Shown here: one piece after another, positions 8,571-18,886 of the stretch | How the letters are laid out: the number at the start of each line of letters is the position of its first letter | Position numbering within the stretch: position 1 is the first letter of the stretch | Assembly (NCBI GenBank): GCA_963702435.1 | Contig: CAVPCR010000001.1 | Coordinates: 480,001-544,000 of the forward strand | Origin: Candidatus Eiseniibacteriota bacterium | GTDB lineage: Bacteria; Eisenbacteria; RBG-16-71-46; CAVPCR01 | Direction: 5' to 3' | DNA: 64,000 nucleotides | Translations under genes and position numbers: made by a program | The notes under the pieces: model-generated | Told to the model about the DNA's origin: nothing | What the model saw: the letters and a program-made list of their open reading frames with translations, nothing else | Database searches by the model: none

Positions 8571-8948
8571 CTACCGCGAGTTCCGCTCCGCGGCCTCCTG
8601 GCACTCGATGCAATGAGTGGCCGACGGCAGGGCGGTGAGCCGCTTCGCCCCGATCTCGCCGCCGCACTTGAGACAGCGGCCGTAGGTCCCGCCCTCGATG
8701 CGGTCGAGCGCGGCGACGACGGCAACGAGCAGGCGTCCCTCGGCCGAGGTGAGCTGGACCGCCTTCTCCCGCTCGTCGGCATCGGTGCCCACATCGGCGA
8801 GATGGAAGACATAGCCCGAGAGATCGCCCGAGGCCTCGCGCGGCGTGTTGCGGAGAAAGCGGGTCTCCATGTAGCCCAGCTCCTTCATGAGCCGGTCGCG
8901 CTCTGCAACGAGCTTCTCGCGGTAGGTCGCGAGTTCATCGGCGGTCAC
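8571..8948 (-). CDS. TraR/DksA C4 zinc-finger protein
   Basis: RBS GAGGAGG plus GTG; HLADVGTD, ALDRIEGGTYGRCLKCG.EI...RL.ALP....CIEC. Confidence 0.92.
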   Translation of the reverse strand: MTADELATYREKLVAERDRLMKELGYMETRFLRNTPREASGDLSGYVFHLADVGTDADEREKAVQLTSAEGRLLVAVVAALDRIEGGTYGRCLKCGGEIGAKRLTALPSATHCIECQEAAERNSR

Positions 8949-9170
8949 GGTCGGTTCACCTCCTCTGGCCGAGATCGGGCCGCCGGCAGCGGCAAACCGA
9001 GCAGCCACGCTTTCAGGCTGCGCGTGAGCGGCGAGTATAGCGGCGCCACGCGGGAGCCTACAAGATTGCTATCCCCCTTGGCGGCGCGCGGCTGCCCCTG
9101 CCACGTGAGGCGACCGCCTGCAGGCGGCGCCGGCGAGGCAGCCGTGAAGGCAAGCGGAGTTGGCCGCCGG

Positions 9171-10161
9171 CTAGCGCTCGCTCTTCTCCGGCGCGGCCTT
9201 CGCCCGCGGGCGGAAAAGAGCCTTGATCGCTCCCCACGTGGCCGGCTCGACGGAGGTCACTTCAACGCGAACGCCCAGACTTTGCCAGCCGATACCGGCC
9301 GCGACCGCCACGAACCCCGTGTTCGGTGCCGGGACATCGCACTGGCCGTAGAAGTTCTGCCCCCAGCCGACGGATCGTCCCATCGCCCCTCAGGCCCAGG
9401 CTGAACGTGTTCCCGCCGGCCACCGCCACGAAGTTGGCTATTGGTCGCCGGAACATTGCACTCCCCGTACTCGTTCCAGCCCCACGCGACGATCGTCCCG
9501 TCGGCCCGAAGGCCGAGGCTGTGCATGTATCCCCGCGGCCACAGCCACGAAGTTGGCATTTGGTGCGGGGACATCGCACTGGCCGTAGCTGTTCCACCCC
9601 CAGGCGACGATCGTCCCGTCGGCCTTGAGGCCCAAGCTGTGATGACCACCCGCGGCCACCGCCACGAAGCGCTCGTTCGGCGCCGGAACATTGCAGTTCG
9701 CCGTGGTCGCTGTGCCCCCAAGCGACGATACGTCCGTCGGCCTTGAGGCCCAGGCTATGCCACTGCCCTGCCGCAATCGCCGTGAACCCGGCGTTCGGCG
9801 CCGGGATGACACACTGGCTGCTATCGCTGCGCCCCCAGGCGACGACGGTGCCGCCCGTCCTGAGACCGAGGCTGTGGTCGCCGCCTCCGGCGACCGCCAC
9901 GAAACCAGCGTTCGGGCCCGGGACGGCGCACTGGCCGTAGTGGTTGTCGCCCCAGGCCTCGACCCTCCCATCGGCCTTGAGACCCAGACTGTGAATGCCC
10001 CCTGCAGCGACTGCCACGAAGCCGGCGTTAGGCGCCGGAACGTCGCATTCGCCGTTGCGATTGGATCCCCAGGCGGCGATCGTGCCCTGGGCGAACGCCG
10101 GCGCCGGACGGACAGAAGAGCAGGAGCAATGCAGCAGCAAAGACTGAGGTCGACTCGACAT
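9171..10161 (-). pseudogene. Secreted 7-bladed RCC1/BLIP-II-like beta-propeller with TWGAIK tail; at least 4 frameshifts
   Basis: Seven ~39-aa repeats G.(I/V).AWG.N.YGQC.VPAPN.GFVAVAAG..HSLGL spread across three frames; ends VEPATWGAIKALFR. May be a sequencing artefact rather than true decay. Confidence 0.8.
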
Positions 10162-10247
10162 GGCAGGATCCTCCCTGCGGCCGGGACATCCGCGACACCA
10201 AGTCTACACCCCCGGGCTGCCTCTCTCCAGGTCCACCAGCCGCGCCG

Positions 10248-13200
10248 TCACCCGCGCGGCATCCGCCGGATCGCGATCGTCACGGTCTGACCGTCGATCT
10301 CCCAGACCCGCTCGATCTCGGGCGCGAACTCGGGTGCTGCGCCGAACCCGAGCTCGACGGCCAGCGTCTCGGCTCTGAGATAGTCGGCGTGCGTCCCGAG
10401 ATCGGCGGCCATCTCGGGCGGCGCCGCGATGCGGGCGTGGATCCGATCCTCGACCGCGAAGCCGGCCTCCTTGCGCATGGCCTGGATCCGGTTCTTGACC
10501 TCGCGCGCGTGCCCCTCGGCCTTGAGCTCCGGGGTGACCGCGATGTCGAGGCTCACGGTGACGCCGTCCGCCGTCTCGGTGGCGTGCCCGGCCCGCTCCT
10601 GGCGCTCGATCTGGATCTCGGCGATCGTCACCTTCTCCCCGCAGACCTCGACCTCCCCGCCCGCCTCGAGCCGGCGGATGGTGGCGAGGTCGAAACCCTG
10701 GATGACCTGCGCCGCGCGGCGCATCTCCTTGCCGAAGAGCGGCCCGCAGACCCGGAAGTTGGCCTTGGCGGTGACCGTGACCAGATCCTCCTCGCGCTCG
10801 GTGAAGCGGAGCTCCTTCACGTTGAGCTCCTCGAGCACGAGGTCCTCCATGTCGCGGATCAGTGCCTGCTCCTCGGCCGTGCGCGCAACGACCGTGACCT
10901 CGCGGAGCGGCTGCCGGGTCTTCAGCTTGTGCCGCTCGCGGAGCGCCCGGCCGAGGCCGACGATGGCGCGGGCGAGCGCCATCTCGCGCTCGAGCACCGG
11001 ATCGCGGCGGAAGGGATCGGCCGTCGGGTAGTCGGTGAGATGCACCGACTCGGGGCCGGGGGCGCCCGCCCGGACCACGAGGTTCCGGTACATGGCCTCG
11101 CAAACGAAGGGCAGGAAGGGGGCCAGGACCCGCGAGAAGGTGGTGAGCACGGTGTAGAGCGTCGAGTACGCCGCCGCCTTGTCGGCGTCCGCCCCGTCCT
11201 TCCAGAAGCGGGGCCGTGACAGCCGGATGTACCACTTGGTCAGGTCGTCGATGAACCGCTCGAGCGCCGGGATGACCCGGTGCAGGTTGTAGCCGTCCAT
11301 CTGCGCGTTCACTTCCTCGATCAGGCCGTTCTGGACCGAGAGGATCCAGCGGTCGAGGCGGCTCTGCGCCGCGACCGGCGGGCGGAGCGGCGAGAAGCCG
11401 TCGAGGTTCGCGTAGGTGACGAAGAACGAATAGGCGTTCCACAGCGGCAGGATGACCTGCCGCAACACGTCGCGGATCCCGGCCTCCGAGAAGCGGAGGT
11501 CCTCCGCGCGCACCACCGGCGAATCGATGAGATAGGCGCGCAGCGCGTCGGCGCCGTAGCGGTCGAGGATCTCCTCCGGCTCCGGGTAGTTCTTGAGCCG
11601 CTTCGACATCTTCTTCCCGTCCTCGGCGAGGATGAGACCGTTCACGATCACGTTCTTGAACGCCGGCTTGTCGAAGAGCGCCGCCGAGATGACGATGAGC
11701 GTGTAGAACCAGCCGCGGGTCTGATCGAGCCCCTCGGCGATGAAGTCGGCGGGGAACGCCGCCTCGACCTTGGCCTTGTTGTCGAACGGGTAGTGGTTCT
11801 GCGCGTAGGGCATCGACCCCGACTCGAACCAGCAGTCGAGGACCTGCGGCACGCGCCGGAGCTCCCCCTTCCCGCGCGCCGAGGGAATGGTCAGATCGTC
11901 GACGAAATGGCGATGGAGGTCGAGCGGATGGATGCCGGTCGCGCGCGCAAGCTCGTCGCGGCTCCCCACGCACACCGCTTCCTCGCCGTCCTCCGAGATC
12001 CACACCGGGATGGGCGTGCCCCAGTAGCGGTTCCGCGCCAGGTTCCAGTCGCGGGCCCCCTCGAGCCAGTTGCCGAAGCGCCCATCGCGCAGATGCTCGG
12101 GTACCCAGTTCACGCGCTGGTTGGCGGCGAGCATGGCGGGCTTCACCGGCTCGATCTTCATGAACCAGGTGTCGAGCGCGCGGTAGATGAGCGGCGAGTC
12201 GCACCGGTAGCAGAACGGATAGGCGTGCTGGAGTGTGGTCTGGTGGACGAGCTTCCCCTCCTCGCGCAGGCGGCGCACGATGAGCGGGTCGGCCTCCTTG
12301 ACGAACTTGCCGGCGAAGTCCGGCACCTCCTCGTTGAACTTGCCCTCGGCGTCGACCGGCATCGCCACCGGCCAGCCCTCGCGCCGGCCGACCTGGAAGT
12401 CGTCCTCGCCGAAGCTCGGCGCCAGGTGCACGATGCCGGTGCCCTCGGCGGTGGACACGAACTCGGCGGCGACGACGCGGAAGGCGTTGTCGGCGTGATT
12501 CCGGTAATAGGGAAACGGCGGCTCGTAGCGGCGGCCGACGAGGGCGGCGCCCTTCTCGCGGGCCAGGATCTCCGGCTTGTCCTCCCGGAACACCGCGTCC
12601 ACCCGGTCCCGGGCCAGCCAGTAGCGGTCCTGCCCGTCGGCCACCAGCACGTAGTCGATGTCGGGGCCGACGGCGAGACCGAGGTTCGCCGGCAAGGTCC
12701 ACGGCGTCGTCGTCCACACCAGGAAGTAGGTGCGGGGGTCGCCCTCCCCCGCAGCCCGCAGCCGCACGGTCACCGACGGGTCCTGCACGTCGCGGTAGCC
12801 CTGGTTCACCTCGAAGTTGGAGAGCGGCGTCGAGCAGCGCGGACAGTACGGCTGCACGGTGTAGCCGCGATAGATGAGCCCCCGGTCCCACAGCTGCTTG
12901 AAGACCCACCAGATCGACTCCATGTACTCGGGCTGCATGGTCTTGTAGTCGTTCTCGAAGTCGACCCAGCGGCCCATGCGACGGACCGTCTTCTCCCACT
13001 CCTCGACGTAGCGGAGCACGATCGAGCGGCACGCCTCGTTGAAAGGCCCGACCCCGTAGTCCTCGATCTGGCGCTTGCCCGAGATCCCGAGCTGCCGCTC
13101 CATCTCCACCTCGACCGGGAGGCCGTGGCAGTCCCAGCCGAACCTCCGCTCGACGTAGTAGCCGCGCATGGTCCAGTAGCGGGGCACGATGTCCTTGAGC

Positions 13201-13415
13201 GTCCCGGCGAGGAGATGGCCGTAGTGCGGGAGCCCCGTGGCAAACGGCGGCCCGTCGTAGAAAACGAAGGCCGGCCCGCCGCGGCGGAGATCGAGGCTCT
13301 TCTGGAACGTCGAGTGCTCGTCCCAGAACGCGAGGATCTCGGCCTCGAGGGCCGGGAAGCTCGCTTCCGGGTCGACGGCGGCGAAGACGCCGCGCGAGGT
13401 GTCGGTCGTGGACAT
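10248..13415 (-). CDS. ileS: Isoleucine-tRNA ligase, type 2
   Basis: DGPPFATGLPHYGH, GWDCHGLP, WTTTPWTLP, GLDQTRGWF, KMSKR. Confidence 0.98.
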   Translation of the reverse strand: MSTTDTSRGVFAAVDPEASFPALEAEILAFWDEHSTFQKSLDLRRGGPAFVFYDGPPFATGLPHYGHLLAGTLKDIVPRYWTMRGYYVERRFGWDCHGLPVEVEMERQLGISGKRQIEDYGVGPFNEACRSIVLRYVEEWEKTVRRMGRWVDFENDYKTMQPEYMESIWWVFKQLWDRGLIYRGYTVQPYCPRCSTPLSNFEVNQGYRDVQDPSVTVRLRAAGEGDPRTYFLVWTTTPWTLPANLGLAVGPDIDYVLVADGQDRYWLARDRVDAVFREDKPEILAREKGAALVGRRYEPPFPYYRNHADNAFRVVAAEFVSTAEGTGIVHLAPSFGEDDFQVGRREGWPVAMPVDAEGKFNEEVPDFAGKFVKEADPLIVRRLREEGKLVHQTTLQHAYPFCYRCDSPLIYRALDTWFMKIEPVKPAMLAANQRVNWVPEHLRDGRFGNWLEGARDWNLARNRYWGTPIPVWISEDGEEAVCVGSRDELARATGIHPLDLHRHFVDDLTIPSARGKGELRRVPQVLDCWFESGSMPYAQNHYPFDNKAKVEAAFPADFIAEGLDQTRGWFYTLIVISAALFDKPAFKNVIVNGLILAEDGKKMSKRLKNYPEPEEILDRYGADALRAYLIDSPVVRAEDLRFSEAGIRDVLRQVILPLWNAYSFFVTYANLDGFSPLRPPVAAQSRLDRWILSVQNGLIEEVNAQMDGYNLHRVIPALERFIDDLTKWYIRLSRPRFWKDGADADKAAAYSTLYTVLTTFSRVLAPFLPFVCEAMYRNLVVRAGAPGPESVHLTDYPTADPFRRDPVLEREMALARAIVGLGRALRERHKLKTRQPLREVTVVARTAEEQALIRDMEDLVLEELNVKELRFTEREEDLVTVTAKANFRVCGPLFGKEMRRAAQVIQGFDLATIRRLEAGGEVEVCGEKVTIAEIQIERQERAGHATETADGVTVSLDIAVTPELKAEGHAREVKNRIQAMRKEAGFAVEDRIHARIAAPPEMAADLGTHADYLRAETLAVELGFGAAPEFAPEIERVWEIDGQTVTIAIRRMPRG

Positions 13416-13417
13416 GG

Positions 13418-14275
13418 CTAGAGGGCCGCCACCACCCGCTCGATCAGGCGGGTCAGGTGGGGCTCGGTGCGAGCGGCCACCGCCAGGATGTCTTCGATGT
13501 TGGCCGGGTGGAGCGCGTCGGGCAGACACATGTCGGTCACCACCGAGAGGGCGAGGCAGCGCATGCCCGCATGCACCGCGACCAGGTTCTCGGGAATGAG
13601 CGACATGCCGACCACGTCGGCCCCCAGGGCGCGGAGGAAGCGATACTCGGCCCGCGTTTCCAGGTTGGGACCGGCCACGGCGACGAAGACCCCCTTCGCG
13701 ATCGGGATGCGCTCGTCGCGCGCCACGCGCTCGGTAAGTGCAACGAGCTCCCGGTCGTACGGCTCCGACATGTCCGGGAAGCGCGGACCGAGCGCGTCGT
13801 CGTTGGGGCCGATCAACGGGTTCGCGCCCATCAGGTTGATGTGGTCCGTGGTGAGGAAGATGGCGCCCGCGTCGAGCAGCGGGTTCATCCCCCCGACCGC
13901 GTTCGAGATGACGAGCGTGCGCGCGCCGAGGGCGCGCATCACCCGCACCGGGAAGGTCACCTGCTGCATCGAGTAGCCTTCGTAGAAATGGACCCGCCCG
14001 CGCATCGCCACCACCGACTTGCCGGAGAGGCGGCCGAAGACGAGCTCGCCGGCATGGCTCTCGACGGTCGACTCCGGGAAGTACGGGATCTCGCGATAGC
14101 CCACGGTCGCCTCGACCGAGATCGAGCGGGCGAGATCGCCGAGGCCGGTGCCGATGATGATGGCGACGTCGGGGACCATCGCGGTGCGAGCGCGCAGGCT
14201 CGACACCGCGGCCTCGATCTCGGCGCGGAGCCGCGAGGTGGTGCCCCGGGTGGTCGAAGTCGGGCTATGGCTCAT
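13418..14275 (-). CDS. punA: Purine nucleoside phosphorylase (trimeric type)
   Basis: IIGTGLG, HAGELVFG, GRVHFYEGY, NAVGG, GPRFPDMS, GPNLETRAE, VGMS. Confidence 0.93.
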   Translation of the reverse strand: MSHSPTSTTRGTTSRLRAEIEAAVSSLRARTAMVPDVAIIIGTGLGDLARSISVEATVGYREIPYFPESTVESHAGELVFGRLSGKSVVAMRGRVHFYEGYSMQQVTFPVRVMRALGARTLVISNAVGGMNPLLDAGAIFLTTDHINLMGANPLIGPNDDALGPRFPDMSEPYDRELVALTERVARDERIPIAKGVFVAVAGPNLETRAEYRFLRALGADVVGMSLIPENLVAVHAGMRCLALSVVTDMCLPDALHPANIEDILAVAARTEPHLTRLIERVVAAL

Positions 14276-14613
14276 CGTGTCCTCTCGTCTCCTCGGTTCC
14301 TGACTGAAGCCGCGCCTCGCGATCCGAGGCGGGCGACGGCGCCGGCGTCCGCCCCGGCGATGCGCAAGAGCTTCAAGCGGGCGGTCGCCCCGCGCACGAT
14401 CGCAATCGCTTCCGGTCGCACGCCCAGCGCGCGCGCCACGAGCGCCACGAGCTCGGCGTTGGCCTGTCCGCCCTCGGGCACGGCGCGGAGCGCCACCTCG
14501 AGGCTGCCGTCTGGCCGCCGCCCGCGGATCTCCGCGCGCCCGGCGCGCGGCCGGACCTTGACCGCCAGCGTGACCGCGCTCGCGGGACGCAGCCCGGATG
14601 CGCGCGCCGTCAC
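14272..14613 (-). CDS. DUF167 (YggU) family protein
   Basis: VKVRPRA, VALRAVPEGGQANAEL, IVRGATARLK. Confidence 0.85.
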   Translation of the reverse strand: MTARASGLRPASAVTLAVKVRPRAGRAEIRGRRPDGSLEVALRAVPEGGQANAELVALVARALGVRPEAIAIVRGATARLKLLRIAGADAGAVARLGSRGAASVRNRGDERTR

Positions 14614-14629
14614 GGTCGCCTCCGCCCGC

Positions 14630-15292
14630 TCAGGACCGATGTCCGGGGGTCTCGACCGGCCGCCACGCCTCCGGCTCGCGCGGCGCCGGCGTGGCGTCGC
14701 GGATCTCGACTCGCGGCGACTCGGCCGCGAGCGCGCTCCCCGCGAGCGAGCCGAGCGGCGGACCGGCGAGCGGAGTGCCGATCGGCGGTGCGCCCTGATG
14801 CGGTGCAGCGGCGAGCGAACCGCCCGCCGTCCGCTCCATGGCCTCGAAGCGCGCCTCGGACGCTTCCACCATGCGCATGTGCGTGTCGATGAGCGCGCGG
14901 AGCCGGATCAGGTAGCTCTGGCGCTCGCTCCGCAGCGCCGCCATCTCGCGCTTCAGATCGGTGAGCGCGATCTCGCTCTGGCGGAGTCGCCCCTCGGCCT
15001 CGAGCTCGGCCTTGGCCAGGATGAGCTCGGCCTCGCGCTCGGCATGCCGGCGCGATTCGTCGCGCATGCCCTGGGCGGCGACCACCGCATCGCGCAGACT
15101 CCGCTCGAGCGTCTGGTACTCCTCGAGACGGCCCTTCATCTGAGATGCCTGCTCGGCGAGGGCTGCCTGCTCCTTGACCAGTCGCTCCATCTCGCCGGCG
15201 ACGAGGCCGAGGAAGGCCCGGACCTCATCCGGATCGAAGCCGCTCAAGGCCTTCCGGAACTGCTGCTTTCTCACATCGAGAGGGGTCAGCAT
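14630..15292 (-). CDS. divIVA: DivIVA domain protein
   Basis: MLTPLDVRKQQFRKALSGFDPDEVRAFL followed by a coiled coil. Confidence 0.9.
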   Translation of the reverse strand: MLTPLDVRKQQFRKALSGFDPDEVRAFLGLVAGEMERLVKEQAALAEQASQMKGRLEEYQTLERSLRDAVVAAQGMRDESRRHAEREAELILAKAELEAEGRLRQSEIALTDLKREMAALRSERQSYLIRLRALIDTHMRMVEASEARFEAMERTAGGSLAAAPHQGAPPIGTPLAGPPLGSLAGSALAAESPRVEIRDATPAPREPEAWRPVETPGHRS

Positions 15293-15419
15293 CGCTCGCT
15301 CCCGGCGCGCGCCCTGCATCCAGGTCGCGCCGCCGCCTCGTCGGTGGACGCCTCGTGGCCCGCGTGATCAAACCGAATCAGACTGCATACTCTGCCCGCT
15401 CGTCCGGAGGAGCGCAAGT

Positions 15420-16145
15420 CTAGCCTCCGGGGCGCGCGCCGAAGAGCACCGTACCCAGGCGGAGGAGCGTGGCTCCTTCCTCGACGGCTTCCTCGAAGTC
15501 GCCGCTCATGCCCATCGAGAGGTGCGGGAGCGGGGCGCCCATCGCCGCGGCGAGCCGGTCCCGGAGCGCGGCAAGCGCCCGGAAGGCCGGGCGTGCCGGC
15601 GCGTCGAGGGGTGCCACGGTCATGAGCCCTTCCACGGCGAGGCCCGGAAGCGCCCCTATCGCGGGGACAAGATCCGCCGCCGCATCCGGCGCGACCCCGT
15701 GCTTCGTGTCCTCCGGCGCGAGCTTCACCTCGACGAGGAGGCGCAGCGTGCGTCCCGCGGCCACCGCGCGCCGCGAGAGGAGGGCGGCGAGATCGAGCGA
15801 ATCCACCGCGTCGATCCAGTCGAAGAGCTCGACGGCGAGGCCTGCCTTGTTGCTCTGCAGATGCCCGATCAGACGCCAGGCGGGCGGCGTGAGCTCGGGG
15901 GAAGCGGCCAGGAGGTCGAGCGCGAGCGGCTTCTTCGCCCGCGCCTCCTGCACGCGGTTCTCCCCCACAGCGCGGATCCCGGCGCCGGCGGCGGCGAAGA
16001 CGGCTTCCGGGCCGAAGCCCTTGGTCACGGCGACGACGTCGATCGCGCGCGGGTCGCGGCCGGCCCGCGCCGCGGCGCGGGCGATCCGCTCCGCGACGAT
16101 CGCGTGTCGCGCTCGCACGTCCCGGACGAGTACCGCTCGATCCAC
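15420..16145 (-). CDS. yggS: PLP homeostasis protein YggS/PROSC
   Basis: VAVTK, GENRVQEA, IGHLQSNK, GLMT, LSMGMSGDFEEAVEEGAT..RLGT.LFG. GTG start inferred. Confidence 0.93.
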   Translation of the reverse strand: MDRAVLVRDVRARHAIVAERIARAAARAGRDPRAIDVVAVTKGFGPEAVFAAAGAGIRAVGENRVQEARAKKPLALDLLAASPELTPPAWRLIGHLQSNKAGLAVELFDWIDAVDSLDLAALLSRRAVAAGRTLRLLVEVKLAPEDTKHGVAPDAAADLVPAIGALPGLAVEGLMTVAPLDAPARPAFRALAALRDRLAAAMGAPLPHLSMGMSGDFEEAVEEGATLLRLGTVLFGARPGG

Positions 16146-16196
16146 GCCTCGCTCCCTCGTTTCCCCGGCCGTCAGGAGACCTGACGCTACAAGATG

Positions 16197-16235
16197 CAAA
16201 AGGAAAAGGCCAACCGCGTGCGGTTGGCCTTTTCC
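16197..16235 (-). terminator. Intrinsic terminator after ssrA
   Basis: GGAAAAGGCCAACCGC-ac-GCGGTTGGCCTTTTCC followed by TTTT on the minus strand. Confidence 0.85.
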
Positions 16236-16243
16236 GGACACCT

Positions 16244-16602
16244 TGGTGGAGGCGGCGGGAATCGAACCCGCGTCCGGAGATACCTCCACGAAGACTTCTA
16301 CGTGCGTAGCCGGACCTTTTTTTGTCTCGCCTCCCACGGCTCCGATCGGCGGGATCCGTGTTCGGCCAGCCCGGGTTTTATCTCGCCGGCGGCCCCCAGG
16401 CGGAACCGTCAGCCAGTCCGCCTAGACTAGTCGCCCATCATCCCCGCGACGGACGGCGGAGCGACGAACGGGCTGCTTAGTTAGGCAGCCAGAGCCAATT
16501 CAGTATTGGCGTTTGGTTTTTTCCCGCGGGATTTACGAGGATCACGGGGTCCTCGGCACGCCATCTTCGCTTCGTCCATCCCCGTCGAAGCCTGTCGCCC
16601 CC
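16244..16602 (-). ncRNA. ssrA: tmRNA; tag peptide (A)ANTELALAA*
   Basis: 5' end GGGGGCGACAGGCTTCGACGGG; 3' end GACGCGGGTTCGATTCCCGCCGCCTCCACCA; tag ORF at 16510..16481. Confidence 0.96.
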
Positions 16603-16773
16603 ACAACCACCACAAGTAGAGAGTACCTGCCCCGGGCCCTGGATTCTCGGAAGAAATGCGGGCGCACGACGGGGCTCTCGCGGCCAGGCCGCGGGCGGTG
16701 ACCTCGATCCGGGGAATCCGGGAGGAGCCCGGAAGCCGGCTCGCGAGAGACCGGAAGGCGGGAGGGAGCTAAG

Positions 16774-16849
16774 TGGTGCGCCGCCAGGGAATCGAACCCC
16801 GAACCCAGTGATTAAGAGTCACTTGCTCTGCCAATTGAGCTAGCGGCGC
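16774..16849 (-). tRNA. tRNA-Lys(CTT)
   Basis: AGTGA-CT-CTT-AA-TCACT anticodon arm, GGTTCGATTCC, CCA end. Confidence 0.97.
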
Positions 16850-17119
16850 ACGCTGCCAGGAACCCTTTGCCCCCGTCCGGCCGAGGGGCGGCGAAGGTAC
16901 CACCCCGCGGCCGGACGGGTCAACCCACCCCGCGGGCCCGGGCGGCGGGAGAAGGTGGGTGAAAGCAGGAGAAAGCGGGTGACGGCGGCCGCAAGGTGCG
17001 GGGGGGCCCGTCCCGGTCCGCTCGCACCACGCCGGGAACCACCGGCGCTCGCGCCACGCCGGGAACCACCGGCGCCCGCGCCGCCGGAGGGCAGGGGGAT
17101 CCCGGAGCCGCCGGAACCG

Positions 17120-17554
17120 CTAGAACGGCACCTCGTCACCCTCGCCGCCGGTCCCGGCGCCGGTGTCGGGATAGGCCTCGCTCTCGTAGCTCGGCCCGCC
17201 GGCCGGCACGGTGGCGCGCTCGCCCGGCCGCCCGAGCATCTGCATGTTCTGCGCGACGATCTCGGTCGTCGAGCGCTTGTTGCCCTCGCGATCTTCCCAC
17301 TGCCGCGTCTGGATGCGGCCCTCGATGTAGACCTGGCGACCCTTCGACAGGTACTCGCTCGCGATCTCGGCGAGACGGCCCCAGCACACGATCCGGTGCC
17401 ACTCGGTGTACTCGGTACGCTCGCCGTTCTTGCCGACGCGCTGCTCGGTCGTGGCGATGTTGAAGTTGGCGACCGGGGTCCCTCCGGGCGTGTGGCGGAG
17501 CTCCGGGTCGCTCCCCAGGTTGCCAATGAGGATTGCTTTGTTGACGCCTGCCAT
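17120..17554 (-). CDS. ssb: Single-stranded DNA-binding protein
   Basis: [36 protein letters not shown], acidic tail DEVPF. Confidence 0.97.
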   Translation of the reverse strand: MAGVNKAILIGNLGSDPELRHTPGGTPVANFNIATTEQRVGKNGERTEYTEWHRIVCWGRLAEIASEYLSKGRQVYIEGRIQTRQWEDREGNKRSTTEIVAQNMQMLGRPGERATVPAGGPSYESEAYPDTGAGTGGEGDEVPF

Positions 17555-17670
17555 CGGTTCGTCCTCCTGACTGTTCCGCGACGGGTTCTCTCCCGCCGCC
17601 CCTATGCTACCCCTTCGGCGGGCCGGGAAGGCCGCCGAAGTTGGCGCGCCTCCGGGCCGGGGAGGCGCCT

Positions 17671-17700
17671 TTGACTTGCGACCGCGGGGTAGGCTATGCT
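17671..17700 (+). promoter_or_regulatory. Sigma70-like promoter of the tRNA operon
   Basis: TTGACT-N18-TATGCT, then a GC-rich discriminator, 24 nt before tRNA-Pro. Confidence 0.7.
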
Positions 17701-17724
17701 GCCCGCGCCCTACGGGCTCCTCGT

Positions 17725-17801
17725 CGGGGCGTAGCGCAGCCCGGTAGCGCACCTGCTTTGGGAGCAGGGAGCCAGAGGTTCAAGTCCTCTCGCCCCGACC
17801 A
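17725..17801 (+). tRNA. tRNA-Pro(TGG)
   Basis: CGGGGCGTAGCGCAG...CCTGC-TT-TGG-GA-GCAGG...CCA. Confidence 0.97.
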
Positions 17802-17802
17802 T

Positions 17803-17879
<77 letters not shown>

Positions 17880-17992
17880 GCTTCGAGAGGCGCCGCCCGC
17901 CGCGTCGGAGCGGCTGTCCTCCGGCGCATGCACGAAGCGGGCCGGAGGCGGGAGCGGCGACCCCGCTCCCCGCGGATTCTCGAGAGACCGGT

Positions 17993-18069
17993 GGTGGACG
18001 TAGCTCAGTTGGCAGAGCACCGGACTGTGGATTCGGTTGTCGCGGGTTCGACCCCCGTCGTCCACCCCA
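17993..18069 (+). tRNA. tRNA-His(GTG), encoded G-1
   Basis: G-GTGGACGTAGCTCAG...CCGGA-CT-GTG-GA-TTCGG...CGTCCACCCCA. Confidence 0.96.
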
Positions 18070-18240
18070 CACCTTCTTCGATCGCGAGCGGCGACCGCCC
18101 GGGCGCCTGAAGAGCCCCCGGGCGCACCTTCCTCCGGGCCTCCCTGGCCGCTGCGCCGAGTTCGCGCGCCGCGGCGGACGCCATCGCGGCAGGCACCGCC
18201 TCGAAACACGCCGCCTCGGCAGGCGCCGCCGCTTGCGCGT

Positions 18241-18858
18241 TCACGCCCCGGCCTCGGCGGCGACCAGGGCGCGCACGCGCTCGACCATGGCCCGGAGCGC
18301 CCGCGCGCGATGGCTCACCTCGTTCTTCGCCGCGGGCTCCGCCTCGCCGAACGTGGCGGCGAACGGCGCGTAGTAGAAGAGCGGGTCGTAGCCGAACCCG
18401 CCACCGCCGCGCGGCGCGGCGAGGATCACTCCTTCGACGCTCCCCCGGGTCACCACCGCGCGGCCGTCGGGCAGGACGAGCGCCATCGTGCACACGAAGC
18501 GCGCGGTGCGCGCCGGCGGCGGGACGCCGGCGAGACGCGCGAGCAGGAGGCGGTTGTTGGCCTCGTCATCGGCCTCCGGGCCGGCGAAGCGCGCCGAGCG
18601 CACCCCCGGCGCCCCGCCGAGCGCGTCCACCTCGAGCCCCGAGTCGTCGGCGAGCGCGGCGAGCCCGGTCGCAGCCACGGCGGCACGGGCTTTCAGGAGC
18701 GCGTTCTCGGCGTAGGTCTCCCCGGTCTCCGGGACCGCCGGCAGCGCCGCCTGGTCGCCGCCCACGATCGCGATCGGCAGATCGGCGAGGAGCGCCCTGA
18801 TCTCCTCGCGCTTTCCGCGATTATTGGTGGCAACAAGCAGCTTTTCGATTTGGCGCAC
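18241..18858 (-). CDS. rdgB: Non-canonical purine NTP pyrophosphatase (RdgB/HAM1)
   Basis: ATNNRGK, ETGETYAENA..KA, ADDSGL.VDALGGAPGV.SAR, GFGYDP.F, KN.VSHR. Confidence 0.96.
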   Translation of the reverse strand: MRQIEKLLVATNNRGKREEIRALLADLPIAIVGGDQAALPAVPETGETYAENALLKARAAVAATGLAALADDSGLEVDALGGAPGVRSARFAGPEADDEANNRLLLARLAGVPPPARTARFVCTMALVLPDGRAVVTRGSVEGVILAAPRGGGGFGYDPLFYYAPFAATFGEAEPAAKNEVSHRARALRAMVERVRALVAAEAGA

Positions 18859-18886
18859 GGGAGGATGGACCGGCCGGAGGCTGGCG

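Noticed and set aside
9171..10161. Diversity-generating retroelement TR/VR pair
   Set aside because: These are ordinary protein repeats, differences are not adenine-specific, and no reverse transcriptase is present.
16146..16337. N-terminal extension of yggS in the ORF track
   Set aside because: Overlaps tmRNA and its terminator; the GTG at 16145 is the plausible start.
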